Source: Podospora anserina
Lineage: Eukaryota
Length of the DNA stretch: 64,000 nucleotides
Direction of reading: 5' to 3'
NCBI GenBank assembly: GCA_017654855.1
Contig: CM030336.1
Coordinates: 186,001 to 250,000, forward strand
Positions 24,100-36,921 of the stretch are shown piece after piece. Every line of letters begins with the position of its first letter. Within the stretch, counting starts at the first letter, position 1. Both the position numbers and the translations under genes were made by a program. The notes under the pieces are model-generated. The model made no database searches, was not told the DNA's origin, and was given only the letters and a program-made list of their open reading frames with translations.

Positions 24100-24919
24100 C
24101 TAAACATCAACAGCAGTGCCCATTGTTTGCTGAGCAGGGGCAGATGGAGGAGCCCTTGGATCATGGACCTGGGCTGTCTCGGGTCTTCCTGTGGCAGGAG
24201 ACTGTGGAATGGGAGCCGAGATGTCTCTTGTTGTCCTAAACACTCATACGATCAGTCAGTACCACACTGTCTCGTCTTCCGCACGCTGCGGCAAGTTGAA
24301 CACAGCAAACTTACACGGGCGAGTTCTTGCCGCGGTAGCGATGCACAACAACCGCTCCCAAGATGGCGCTGACGAGGTAGGCCATGGCAGCCAAAAAGGA
24401 AAAGGCCAGAACGGCCCTCCAGGACGCGCAGCCGCCGTAGCCCCTATCCCAGACTGTGAGGTCCGGCACACGCCACCACCCGCCCCAGTAGTATCCCCAG
24501 TAGTTCCAATACCAGGAAGCGTTACACATGGCCGAGCCGGTGCGCTGATCATACTCGAGTTAACTTCTCTCCCACTCTGTTTGCAAGGCCAATGCTGATG
24601 TCGCTCAAAAAGGAGAAGCAACTATAAACAAGGGGGATCATACCGAAGTCAACAAGCCGAAGACAACAATCCACATGACAAACAGGATCGCATCCATCGG
24701 GAAGGCCAAGTAGGCGTAGATGAACGGTGCGATAAAGACAAGCGCAAATAAAGTGCTGATGGAAGCCGTGACGATGGCATATACGATGCGAGAATCGGCC
24801 GAGACTCCTGCCTGGGAGACCAGATGCAGGAAGCGAGCGACGAGGCCGAGGACGATGACTGAACAAATCACCTCAAACACCCGGAGGATGATGTGGATCA
24901 CTTTGGATGCAGCCCCCAT
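24100..24919 (-). CDS. MARVEL / membrane-associating domain protein, 3 exons
   Basis: LRVFEVICSVIVLGL, D.ILFVMWIVVFGLL, aromatic loop WYWNYWGYYWGGWW, CASWRAVLAFSF. The last exon is inferred from GTAAGT..CTGAC..TAG. Confidence 0.85.
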
Positions 24920-25522
24920 TTTGAAAAGTCTTGATTCTCTCTTTCGGGTTCAGGAGTTGGTGTTTTGATTCAATGCCGTTGTCGACTATAACTGATGGGC
25001 GAAACAGAGGTGCACAGCTGATGGAGCAGGTTGATAAGCTACTGCTGTTTCTTTGTCTGTTTTTCCCCCCAAAGCTATGGTTTGGGACGTCATATGCTCC
25101 GGCCATTGTTCCAATGTGTGATGCTGTCTCGATGCGGACAGCGGGAGCTACAGGTCCCCTATTTTCCGAATGCAGACATCACAACCACCATAACCAGCAG
25201 GTGGTGGCCCATCGGCATAAATATCTTAAAGTGGAAATGCCACTGCAAACAGCTAGGTTACCTGGTAAGGTTGGAATGTACAAGTACTTCGAAGTAAGGC
25301 GCGCGAAGAATAGGGGTTCAACTTCATACCCAAATGCATCATGTGTCCCGAATGGCATGTGGGTTTGGAGCCATGGGATCTCAGTTACTTTACAGGAGCA
25401 CACAGCACCACATACGGCAATGTTAATGCACAACACGGACAGGAGATAGGAGAAGCAAAAAAAGAGATGGAGCAAAAAGTACAATAAGAAAAAAAAAAGG
25501 CGTCTGTCGTCGACGGGAATTG

Positions 25523-25609
25523 AGCCCGACGTGGGGGTCGAACCCACAACCTTGAGATTTCGGAGTACTCCTTAAGAGTCTCACGCTCTACCGATTGAGC
25601 TAGCCGGGC
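25523..25609 (-). tRNA. tRNA-Lys(CTT) with about 14-nt intron
   Basis: GCCCGGC/GTCGGGC acceptor, TGAGA CT-CTT-A, GTGGG TTCGACC CCCAC T arm. Confidence 0.95.
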
Positions 25610-26054
25610 TTTGAAGCCGACTGAGCCTTTATATTTGTTGAAGGTTGGGGGAGGGAATTGGTGTTTTGAGAGCAAGTTTGCAAGGTTGTGGCTAGATGGG
25701 TTGCGGCATTTCGGCGTTGGAAATTTTCACGGCAAAGTTTGAGAGCCAGACTAGAGACATGGACCCACTTAAAACAACGTCACTACCGCACTTAATACCA
25801 ACCGCCAAATCCTCATCAACCCTACTATATAACAGTATATCACATTCTTGTAGCTACCTAATGATCTTAAATGATATTTAAGAATATCCTCAGAGATTCC
25901 TTCCAACCTCAATATCGAGTTGCATCATCTGTATCCCCAGATCTTCCTACCCTATTTTTAACTTTCAAATGCTGGTATGTCACAACCCCGGTCAAGGGGA
26001 AGGAAAATCCCGCAAAAAAGACAACGATTTCCCATGACAGGATATCTCATGCTT

Positions 26055-26139
26055 TGGACGAGCTGGGAATCGAACCCAGGACCTTTCGCATACACTGTAG
26101 TATGCTAAGCGAACGCTCTACCAACTGAGCCACACGCCC
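26055..26139 (-). tRNA. tRNA-Ala(AGC) with about 12-nt intron
   Basis: GGGCGTG/CTCGTCC acceptor with the G3:U70 identity pair, TT-AGC-A, CTGGG TTCGATT CCCAG. Confidence 0.95.
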
Positions 26140-26580
26140 TTGACTTTGGATGTAAATGGCAGGTGGAATTGTCTTTGATGCAAGGTCCTCAGCAGGATAG
26201 AGGAGCGGAAGCGGTGTTATTCACACCCTTTTTCGGACAACTGTCTTGGTAGAGCAACCCCTTCCCGTGGTCACTTAGATGTGATCTGAGCAAGTCATCC
26301 TGAGTACCATATCAGAAATGGTGGGTTTGCTGTTGTCGAAGGCACCGATGTGACCTGGACTACTTCTTTTTAATCCCGTCTCGATGGCGTGATGCAATCG
26401 TAGTGCCCAATGACATTATGACGCCTCCCAGTCCCCGCAGATAGACCTTAAAGATACCCGGATACCTGATTTTTAGGACAAGGACAGGCTCTACACCTGA
26501 GTCTTGTTTTGAGAAGACCATCGCAGAGAGGAGAGTGGCAGCTTCCACTAGATTCACAACCCATCTTACTCCAGCCTAAC

Positions 26581-28543
26581 ATGGAAACACGCAGCGATTC
26601 TTCGACTCCCAACCCGGACTATGATCTTTCAAGGCCTCTCAGTCTCGATGGCAGTGGTCTTAGGCAAAAGCTCGCCTCTTATGGAGATCCACACTTCTCC
26701 CTCTTCATGCGCAAACTCTTCATCAAGGCTTTAGGGTACAGCGAGGACGCTCTTTCTCGGCCCATTGTGGGCATTGTCAACACCTACTCAAGCTTCAACC
26801 CCTGCCATGCCAACATACCCCAGCTAATGGACGCCGTGAAAAGGGGCGTTCAACTAAGCGGTGGCCTGGCTATCGACTTTCCTACTATCAGTCTCCACGA
26901 GTCTTTTGCCTCTCCGACCAGCATGTATCTTCGAAACTTGATGAGTATGGACACCGAGGAGATGATTCAGGCCCAGCCGGTTGATTCTGTTGTTCTGATT
27001 GGTGGTGGGTCTCTTCCAGTTGTCATGCTTTCTTTCCATGGATGGTCTGAATTACGAACTGACACAACCGACAGGCTGTGACAAGACCACTCCAGCTCAG
27101 TTGATGGGGGCCATCTCAGCCAACAAGCCGATTATCCATCTGGTGACTGGTCCGATGATGCCGGGCAGCTTTCAGGGTGCACGCATAGGGGCTTGTACAG
27201 ACTGTCGCAATAACTGGGCCAAGTTCCGTGCCGGCACGTTAGATATTGAAGACATAAGTGCTCTCAACGAGGAGCTTGCACCAACAGTACGTCTCCAGTT
27301 TCCCGCTTTCGCTCGGCGGTCTCTTACATCATGTTAGGGCGGAACCTGTGGGGTGATGGGTACAGCATCAACCATGTCCTGTATCCTTTTGGCCTTGGGC
27401 CTGATGCCGCTTTCTTTGCCAAGTGCTACAGCACCGGCCGTGTCCTCTTCGCGCCTCAGAATAGCAGAAGCAACAGGCACCCATGCAGTAGCCCTCGCAA
27501 GATCTCAGCTCCGGCCACAGGCTTTACTGACAAGAGAATCCTTCCTCAACGCCATCACAGTCCTGCAGGCAATAGGTGGCTCCACCAACGCCATCGTTCA
27601 CCTGATGGCAATCGTCAACCGCCACCCTCAGCTCGCCGGCTCCATCAAGCTACAAACCATCGACGACATCGGCCTCAAGACCCCCCTACTGGTTGACCTC
27701 AAACCATCAGGCGACAATTACATGACTGACTTTCACAACGCCGGCGGGATGCTCGCCCTCCTCCACGAACTGAAACCCTTGCTACATCTCGACGCAATGA
27801 CCATCACCGGCCGCACCCTAGGCGAGGAGTTGGCTTCCATACCCTTCCGCCCACTACCCCTAGACTCACCACTCAGTTCCATCATCCACCATTTCAACAA
27901 ACCCTTGTACCCCTCCAGCTCCCTCGTCATCCTCTCCAAAGGCAACCTCGCCTCCGCCGGCGGAGCGGTGATCAAAGCTTCTGCCTCCAAAGACCGCAGC
28001 CTCCTCTCCCACACCGGTCCCGCGGTGGTGTTTTCCGGTCCGCAAGACCTAGCAGAGAGAATCGACTCCCCCAGCCTCAGCGTCAGCCCCTCCTCGGTGT
28101 TGATTCTCCAGAACATCGGCCCGGTAGGGAATCCAGGCATGCCAGAGGCGGGATTGATCCCCATCCCGAGGAAGCTAGCTGCGAAGGGGGTGTCGGATAT
28201 GCTCCGCATCTCGGACGGGCGCATGAGCGGCACGGCCGGGGGTACAATCATATTGCATATTTCCCCCGAGAGCGCGGATCCGGAGTCTGTCTTGGGGATT
28301 GTCCAAGACGGGGATGTGATCACCTTTGATGCAGAGAGGAGATATTTACATGTGGAGATTGATGAGGACGGGGTCAGGGACAGGATGGCGCAGCGGAAGA
28401 AGATGATGGCAAGTGAGGGCAGTGGGAGTGCTTGGGTTGCCAGGGAGAGGGAAAGGGGTTATAGGGGGTTGTACAAACGGGAGGTTAACCAGGCAGAACA
28501 AGGGGCTGATTTTGGCTTTTTGACGGCTGCTGGCCCATCTTGA
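26581..28543 (+). CDS. IlvD/Edd family dihydroxy-acid / sugar-acid dehydratase; introns about 27005-27075 and 27287-27337
   Basis: Fe-S cysteines in FNPCHAN, GGCDKTTPA and GTCGVMGTASTM. Also AIGGSTNA, GPVGNPGMPE, SDGRMSGT, ILHISPE. Confidence 0.92.
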
Positions 28544-31500
28544 AGCCCTGAGAGAAGTTTGGAGAGCGTGGCGTTCATTTAGGGAGTTAGTGTCAGGAGG
28601 ACGACACAAATGTAAACACACGGTTTCAGGGCAACCACCATCGCCACCCTTTCAAAATTTGCTCTTGACTTCGGAGACCCCCATCATTTGCCCATAGCAT
28701 ATGCCGCTATCTGCAACTAGAAACCTTAGGCAGGGCAGGTTTGCATTTCTAGTGCACACCTTCGCCTTTGAAAACCCCCGAGTCATCTATCCCTCCTTTC
28801 TTAGGGCATCAAGTCCTGAACAAACGGCTGGCTCAAGAAGAAAATTGACATGGGTTTTCTTCTTTTCTCCCCGGTCTCCATAGCCCAGACAGTATTCACA
28901 TTCAGGAACCAAACAGAAAACCTCCGAACCCGCGGCCCGCCAACCAGGATCAGGGGAGAAGAATAGATGTATTGAGAGCTCCAATATTCAACGGCTCGAT
29001 ATAGCCCAGAGACGCATGTCATTTTTTCGCCATGAGGGGAAGAACGCGGCCGAGGCCCACGGCAGCCTTGTCAACCGGGACAAGTCTTCACCCGCGGGTA
29101 GCGAAGAATGGGCGTTCTCCTTGTCCGGTTGAGAAATGGTACAAGACAAACAAAGCCCTAATTCTAGAGCTCGGCATCCAGTGCAACCTCGCGAGAAATG
29201 TGCCCACCCTATTGGGCTCTCAGCCTGCAGGGACAGTTACACGCCACAATCAACGCAAAGTGAAAAGGATGCAGGATATCCACTGCCACGTACATATCTC
29301 ATATCAGGCACCTGCTCAACCTCGAACTGTTGGAGAAGAAGAAAAGAGCAGCCGAACAAGGAGGGGCAAGCAGATTCTGGTTGGGGGATACACGTCCCGC
29401 TCAGCCGGCCGCTTGTTGGCCGCACCGGTACCGAATCGTTCTTTTGATGTGGAAAAGCCGTGAAGTCGTCTAGAGATGTCCGTATATCGGGTGTTTGCGC
29501 CCAAAGACAGTCAGGCTGTGAGAGGAAGCAAAGAATATTGCTTCCTCTCGAATGTTACCGGGCCACGTTTCCTCCCTCGTCCCAGATTAGAATTGGACAG
29601 ACTTGATGACCTGTGAGGAAATCATTGTGACGAGACAACTCTCTTTGACCGCACCCATAAGCCTTCTCTCCAGCCACTGCATGCAAACAAGAAATTGGAC
29701 CCGGCACTTACACACACCTCTTGGAGAGCATCTAGAAAAGGGCGATTGACATGCCGCCATGTGGTCGCCGACAAATTCGGCACCCGCAGGTTTTTCTCGG
29801 TTCTCGCTTCCACTCAAGCTCGCCATCACCTCGCTGTGCCTTGCATTAGCTCCCTGCCTGGGAGGGCGGCTGTCGCCGGCGATTCGCTGGAGCCGCAGCG
29901 GAACGGTCGGGTCATCTTTGCGACAACGGTTGTGCCTTTTGGGGGACACAACTCCAATCATCTTGGCAAGCTCCTTTGGCCATACAAATTCCGTGCGTAC
30001 CTGAGCAGCGGCTTTTTTGGGGAACACCAGATCGTGGACTCTGTGGGACCACAAGCCTTGCAAGGTGACTCGGATCCATCTGGTCCAGTTTTGGGAGTGG
30101 CCGCCAAAGCTCCATGGTTGCAATGGGACCCAGCCGGCGACAGCGATAAAAAACTTGACATGTTTAGCCTCATGCCATTTTTGCCCATCGTCTGGGGACC
30201 TACCATGGGCCCATCACGAGGAATTCGAGAGTAGTACCAAGTGACGATTGCAGCTTCGGACCACAAGGCTTCCTCGGCTTTCTGTTGAACCGACATGAGT
30301 TGGCAGACATGCCGTGGCTGCCCAACGTAGCGGGCAGCCGCCTGCTTCTTGGGAGGCCAGTTGAAAGAGAGAGAGCACATGCGCTGACAGTGGACCAGAG
30401 GTTTGGACAGGGGAACAGGCGAGAAAAAAGCCAGGCAAAAGACTGGCCGGACCGATTTGGTGCATGCCAGATATTGCCTCACCTCTATCGAGGTGGCCAA
30501 GAGGAGGAGCAAGAAGAAAGGAGAAGAAGAACAGGCAGGAGGAGGCGTGAATGCATCCATGAGAGAGTTACGATTGGGTCCTCTCCTCTTACTTGGCCAC
30601 CTGAGAGCTTTGCAGGCTTGAGCGACGGGTGGAAAACGCATATGCGAGGGGGTTCAGTTTGCGAGACAGTCATGTCATCTCAGTGAACAATGGATGATGC
30701 TCCTGAGCGTAAGATACTTCCCGCCATGCAACGTGGGACAACAGCAGCCCATGTCCAAGACTGCATGCTGATGACCTTTCTGGGCGCGATGTGTTCAGTG
30801 AGCAGCAATTGTGTGATGTAGTTGTATATGTCGGCAGTTGCAGTTTCAGGCTTGATCCGTAGGTAATAGACATCGTATCGACGGAACCATCAAGCGATCA
30901 ACAATAAAACTGAACAATGCAGTCAGCAGTCCGGCAAAAGGTCACACTGATGTGGGGTGATCTGGGAGCCATGCCGCCAGAAATCGGCCAAAAACTCTGA
31001 TTTCTCGCGGATTCTGCTGTTTCGATCGGAGCTTGACGGAGCTGATTAGTCAAGCCGGAGCCGTGGCAGGATGGAACCGTGGAACTGCCAGCAGCTACCA
31101 CGGGTAGTCAACGGACCGGACGGGTGGACGGGACCTGGCAGCTAATAACAGATTGGCTCCCCAAACCCCAGCGTACCGGACAAGCCAAGAGCAGTGTATA
31201 TGGACAGATAATTAGTGGTATGAGTGGGCAGGAGGAAGATGTGGTATCGAGGATGAACACCGGCAGAACACGCTTGTGCAAGGTACGCGTGGCGATGGAC
31301 GAATGACATTCGGTAGAATAGACAAGAGACACCCTCCAACTTTTCTGGTCGATATTGGACGTGATGGAGGGTACCAAGTGGGAAGGACGGGGAAGGTCTG
31401 GACTGCGACTGACGGAACCCCGGGGTGGTGGCAACGAACAATGCCTCTCCGCTGGCAGACCTGCGGATATGAGATCAGAACTGTGAGGACTGCTAATTAT

Positions 31501-33911
31501 CTGGGATATCCTGCATTATTCGTCAGCAACTGTGCCCTCGACCTGTCCATGATCAGGAAAGTCTTACCTTAAACCAGTACCTGCATAGTAAAACAATGCG
31601 TGACCTTCACGTGAGCTGCATGGTCAAGAGAAAAAAAAATGATTTTTTGATGACCGAGCATGATGGAGCACGGGGCTGGAGGGGAAAAGGCTGACGGCCC
31701 CACCTCGCGGAAAAAACTTGGATTTTCCGAAGTTTGAATTCTGTCTGAAAAGCGGGGACGACATGGACGGCATATGCAAATTCTGATTGGCGGTGCCAAC
31801 TCAGTAACTCACAGCTCTTCGGGCCTGCCAGCCTCTCCGATTTCTTGCGTCATCAACCGTCCGAAGCTCTTATGCCTGATCAGCCATTGTTCAACGCCCA
31901 TCCCTTGCCCGCAGTATCAAGACGAGAATTCAACCAGCCTGTCAGTGGACCGTCAGTCAAACGCGTCGCGCTCCGCACGCGAGATCCAGCAGTACAATAG
32001 CATCAGACCTTGGCACTGCGGGGCCCCAACCACGACACCGCCATCTCAGCGCCGACAATGAGGGGTCTCCAACTCAATATCTTCAGCTGGCTGTCCTTAG
32101 GTCGGAGCTCACAAAGAAGTCAAACTCGCTGAGCCCCTCCTGGACTGCCCGTCCAACCTCACACCTCAACCGGCCGTCAGAAACGGCCCTTTTGGTCGCG
32201 AGGATATGGTGGTTTGGCGTTTCAAGGCGAGTCAGAAAGGGCATGGTGAGCTTGGTACTGGCTCCCCGCGGCGTCTTCAATCCCCAAGTTCCCCGTTACC
32301 AGACCCTGGATCCTTTTCTTGACCGCTACCACACCACAGCAAAGCATGCATCTGTCATGTCCATCCACCATCGCTCGCCCCACCGTGAGAGCGTTCAAAG
32401 TCGTCTCCTCTCGCATTCGACTTCATCAGACATGCTGGCTGCATGTCCCTCTTGTCCAATTTGGTCATGACACAAGGCATGGCAGGAATATGTAGTGGCT
32501 GGCTTTGAACAGGTGTTTCCAGAGTCCCCCACAGATGCTGCCGGTCGCGACCACTTCTTGCCAACGGTCTGTTCACGTGGCCTGGCTGAATGAGGGTTGG
32601 TGAAGAGCCCTCAGACAGACATCTGTTGGCTGTGTAAGGAGCCGGCTGATTGGCTGCCCGCGTCGTATCCGACTTGCCCAATCCATTTCTGGTACAACTC
32701 AGACCTATCTCTTGCTTTTTTTCTACCGGATTTTTGGCCTAATCACGGCGATTCGCGAGTCTTCTGTCAGGCGAAAGCCAAGTCGGCGGGAAGTGATTGG
32801 CAGTCACAGCTCCGACAGCGGTGATGGCAGCAGTTCTCCAACAGGGTCTCTGACCTGAAGGCCAACCGCCATAAATCCTCGAATCTTGTTCATGGTCTCG
32901 CGGCCAACCCCACGCCCGGCGACATCCAGGAATCTGAAGTGCCCGACTTACACGTGGTGCCACTGACACAACCGGCCACCACCACCACCACCGCCGCCGC
33001 CGCCCACCTGAGATTCTTGCATCGATATCGGTGGTGCGGTGTCGTGCTCTCTGGCATTGACCGATTCCGGCTCAAGAGGGCAACAAAAGCCTGGAGTAAA
33101 AAAACATTGGACAAGCTTCAAGTTGCAAAGAACATGTCGCGAGACACGGAGTAGTGTAGCCAGAGCAGGAAAAACACGAGAGTTACAAAAGCCATCCCGC
33201 ACCACCACTATGCTCATCAAAGCATGCGGCCAGCAATTGGCCCGGACAGGCTGGCAAAAAAAAAAAGCATATCTGATGGCCGCAGATGCCTCCTCTTTTC
33301 TGCCGTTGTTCTTCAGTGTTGACATTGCAACTCACCCGCTCCCTTCCCCCCATCTCCAAGTTCTAAGTCCCAGGCCCGAAAGTCGGGATCAGCAATCGTT
33401 GTTTTGCCGCGGGTGGTGACGTACAGGGACAGGACAAAAAACCAAAGTTCGAAAGTTGGGCGCCGGCCGTCACAGGAGTCGCGCCAACAGCCGCCAGCGT
33501 TTCCAGCGTTGCGCTCTCTTGTTGTTGCCCGTGTCTCTCTCGCGCCGTCGATAGCCTCTTTTTGGCATCCGGGACGGTACTTGGTTCCAGAGCTTTTTTT
33601 TTGGGTGGTGGAGTTTGTCTGTCTTTGGCGGCTTCCATTTGGATTTTGGACCGGGCTGGATGCCCCGCAAACCCGAGCAGTGACCAACGCACAACTGGTA
33701 CCCTGACACCCTGGCACCCTCACTCTCAAACCCTGGAAACCCAATTGAACCCCACCATCCACAGGTTGTTGACCATTCACACACCCTTGCCCCGTCGGCT
33801 CACCAGCCCACCACCCACCCACCGTCCACCGCCCACTTGAGCTGCTCCAGCACTCCAGGTCACTCCCACACCCACCTCGGGTGTGCCACACAAGAAAGTC
33901 ACTGTCTGCCG

Positions 33912-33912
<1 letters not shown>

Positions 33913-33946
<34 letters not shown>

Positions 33947-33955
33947 GTCTGTCTG
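33913..33955. repeat. (GTCT)n microsatellite
   Basis: Read directly from the sequence. Confidence 0.95.
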
Positions 33956-34088
33956 ACCCCAACGACAAATTATCTTCCTTTTTTACCCTACTCCCCCCGA
34001 CCCTAACTCTACCTACCTACCCCGCCACTCGATTCCCTTCCCCAGACGCCGCAAACCTACACCCATCGTCCAAGGTCGCCAGCAACAC

Positions 34089-35838
34089 ATGTCGACCCAA
34101 TTAAAGGAACTACGGCTGCCGCAGCTGGTGGAGGAGAGGAGGAAACACGAGCTTCAGCAGCAGCAACTACACCACCAGCTCCCACCACCATGTCTTGACG
34201 AAGAGCAGTACGCTCAGCTGTTCTTCACCTTCAACTCGGCCTCATCATCGTCCGACTTCGCTCTGCCGTCACCTGTCACGCCAACCTTTTCGCGCTCCAG
34301 CCAGCAAGCCAGGTTCTCCAGCTCGTCATCGTCTCTCGAAACCACCGACAGCCCGGCTTCGCCCTCCCACCCCATACATGTCATCAAGTCGCCTACCAAA
34401 CTGCCACTGCCGGATGTTCAGGAGGACCCATCAGAGAGGGAGGACGACAACACGGCCTTTATTGTGTCCGAGTATGGGGACACTGAATTCCCTACCTGGT
34501 CCTACTGCTTGTGTAAGGATTGGATTTTCGTCTTTTTTTCTTCTTTTGCGTTACGCTGTGCTAACCCAAACTGCGCAAACAGGTGATGCTGGATGTTCAT
34601 GCGATTACAAAAACGACACCAGGAAAGGTAGAAGCACCCATCCCTACTCGAGACCTGGATCAGACTACGACTTGGGGTCTCTGAGCGACGGTGATTTCAA
34701 CGGAAGCCCACGGTCTAGGAAAAGGCGCGTCGGATCCGATGCAGGGATTGCGAGCTGGGGGACCAGGCTTGGTTCAAGATTGACAAGCCTGCCGCGTTGG
34801 AGATCGGCATCCGTGTCCAGGCGTGCCAACCTGGCGTTTTCACCCGCATCTGATCCAGCTCTTGCAGAACAACGAAGGCCCAGCTTCTCTCATGCCGCCT
34901 CGAGCAGATCGTCATCCGTCTCTGTGCCGGCCATGGCCCGCGTCCCCGAGTCTGTTCCCGCAACGCCTGCGCTATCATTCTACGAGAGCACCGACAGTAT
35001 TGTGCCGACTTCTCCCCTTGATATCCAGCCAGCGGCCATGGGAAAACGTCTGGAGCGGGACCGATCCATGGCCACCACCCCTCTTCTCCCACCTCTGATG
35101 ATGGAGAAAGCCGGTCACCAAACCCAACCGCAGTCGCTTCAGACGTCGCCTTTGCAGTCGCCCGCAGTGGTGCCCTCCCCGATGCCCGAGTTTCCAGTGC
35201 AGGCGCCCTACCCGACACCTCCCCTCAGCACAAAGGCGTCTTTCACCTCTCTCCGCCGAGGAACTGTGTCGAGCATCTTCAGCGACCTTCCTTCTCCCGT
35301 GGTGATGACTCCCACCATACTTGTGGAGCAGCAGCCAGATGCATGGTCGGACCGTCTGGGACACGCAAACTTCACCATTGACCCAAAGCCATATGTTCCC
35401 GAGAAGGCGGATCTGGTCACCTTTCAAGCATTCTGTTCAGACTGGAACCTGGCCAGGACCAATTACGCAAAGCATCTCGGGCGGACCGGAGAACACTACG
35501 GCACCACCTCCAAGACGTACGCCCTCACCGAGGCCAAGTGGGCCGACATTGAGAGTGAGTGGCAGCAGGCGGAGCAAGCCCTGATCCAGAGGGTGGGTCA
35601 GTCTGGGAACGGCAACCCTTCCATTATCTCGCATTTGCGACGGACGGCCGAAGAAATGGTTCCGTGTGGAATTCCCCAAATCCAGAATAATGACGGCAAG
35701 TTTCCGGCACTAGGAGATTCCGAGATTGTGGGGCCCATGGCACGCGATGCTGTCATGGTCCGCGACGGACACGACGAGAAGAGGAGCGCCTCGATCTGGT
35801 TGAAGAATTTGGCCGAGAAGGTTGGCCTGAGAAAGTAA
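34089..35838 (+). CDS. Pro/Ser-rich fungal protein of unknown function; intron 34513-34582
   Basis: Two long frames joined by GTAAGG..CTAAC..CAG. Ordered-looking blocks LPDVQED, TTPLLPPL, DAWSDRLGHANFTIDPKPY, HLGRTGEHYGTTSKTYALTEAKW, KFPALGDSEIVGPM. Confidence 0.85.
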
Positions 35839-36679
35839 CCACCACTCTCGAGGCCCATGTCTCAAAGACACCACTCCACAAAACTTTACAAAGAGCACGA
35901 CACGTCTCGATATGAACCTGAGCAGTCGGCTTTCTGACAGCATTGCATAGCATTGCGGTTTTCTTTTTTTTTTTTTTGTCTTTTTTTTTCCACATTTTCT
36001 TTCCTTAACTGAGATACCCCATCGGTTAACATCATTCCTTACATAATGTTTGTCGGGCTGGTATGGCATATCACATCTGATAGGCGCTGGTGTTATCCTT
36101 TTACCTTCCCTTCATTTTATCGTGGCTGCTATGGCAAAGCAGGTTACACCTTATTGTTTACACCATGTTATTTAGAGCTAGACCATGTTCTGGCACTGCT
36201 GAGGAGTTGTCTTGTACATAAAAAGATGTATCTGTGTATCTATCCATCTTATCTACTGGAAGGCATGGAGCTTGGTTGGGGGGATCAGACGACTGGGTGT
36301 CTGTAGGACTCAGAGGGCATCGCATTGGGGGCGCCGGACAAAAAAAATTAGATGGAACATTCACAGCATTACCAGGGGTGGTAGGAATTGGGTTCGGGTT
36401 TGGACTCGGTTCCGGCACAAGGGGACACGGCGGCGGTGGCGGCGGCCAACCATGAGGTGTGTGGGAGGACATGGGCAAAAGGCAAAGAGACAGAAGGAGC
36501 TATTAGCTAGCTGTTATTCAGCATGAGGCCAGCCAAGCGAAGCAGCATGCTGTGTCCATTGCCTACCAATTCAGTCTTGAACCCCTTCCAATCGAAACCT
36601 CCTCGAATTTTGCCTTGTTGACCGTGATGCCAGCATGGGATGGAAGAGAAAAGTGGAGGGTAGCTGACACGGCCCGATC

Positions 36680-36921
36680 TACACACCCTCCCCACAAAAT
36701 AATTGGCACAGCAAAAGTAAGTTAACCTATACCATATTATAAACCATACCTCAAAAGCAGATTAATAGGCCTTTTGAATATATCTGAAGACCTTTTAGAC
36801 TGTATTTAAGGGCCTATAACTATCTTTTAAGGCCAGACAAACATCCTTCAAAGCATGGTTCACAATATAATGTGTGGTTAACCTACCTTTGTGTGTCAAT
36901 TATTTTGTGGTAAGGGTACTA
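36680..36921. mobile_element. About 240-bp AT-rich fold-back / MITE-like non-autonomous DNA transposon relic, RIP-mutated
   Basis: Long imperfect inverted repeat: CCACAAAATAATTGGCACA at 36692 versus TGTGTCAATTATTTTGTGG ending 36910. It is near-palindromic to a centre at about 36790 and flanked by TA. Confidence 0.75.

Noticed and set aside
29587-30686. Overlapping 130-230 aa ORFs on both strands
   Set aside because: No domain or consistent splice structure, and mostly non-ATG starts.
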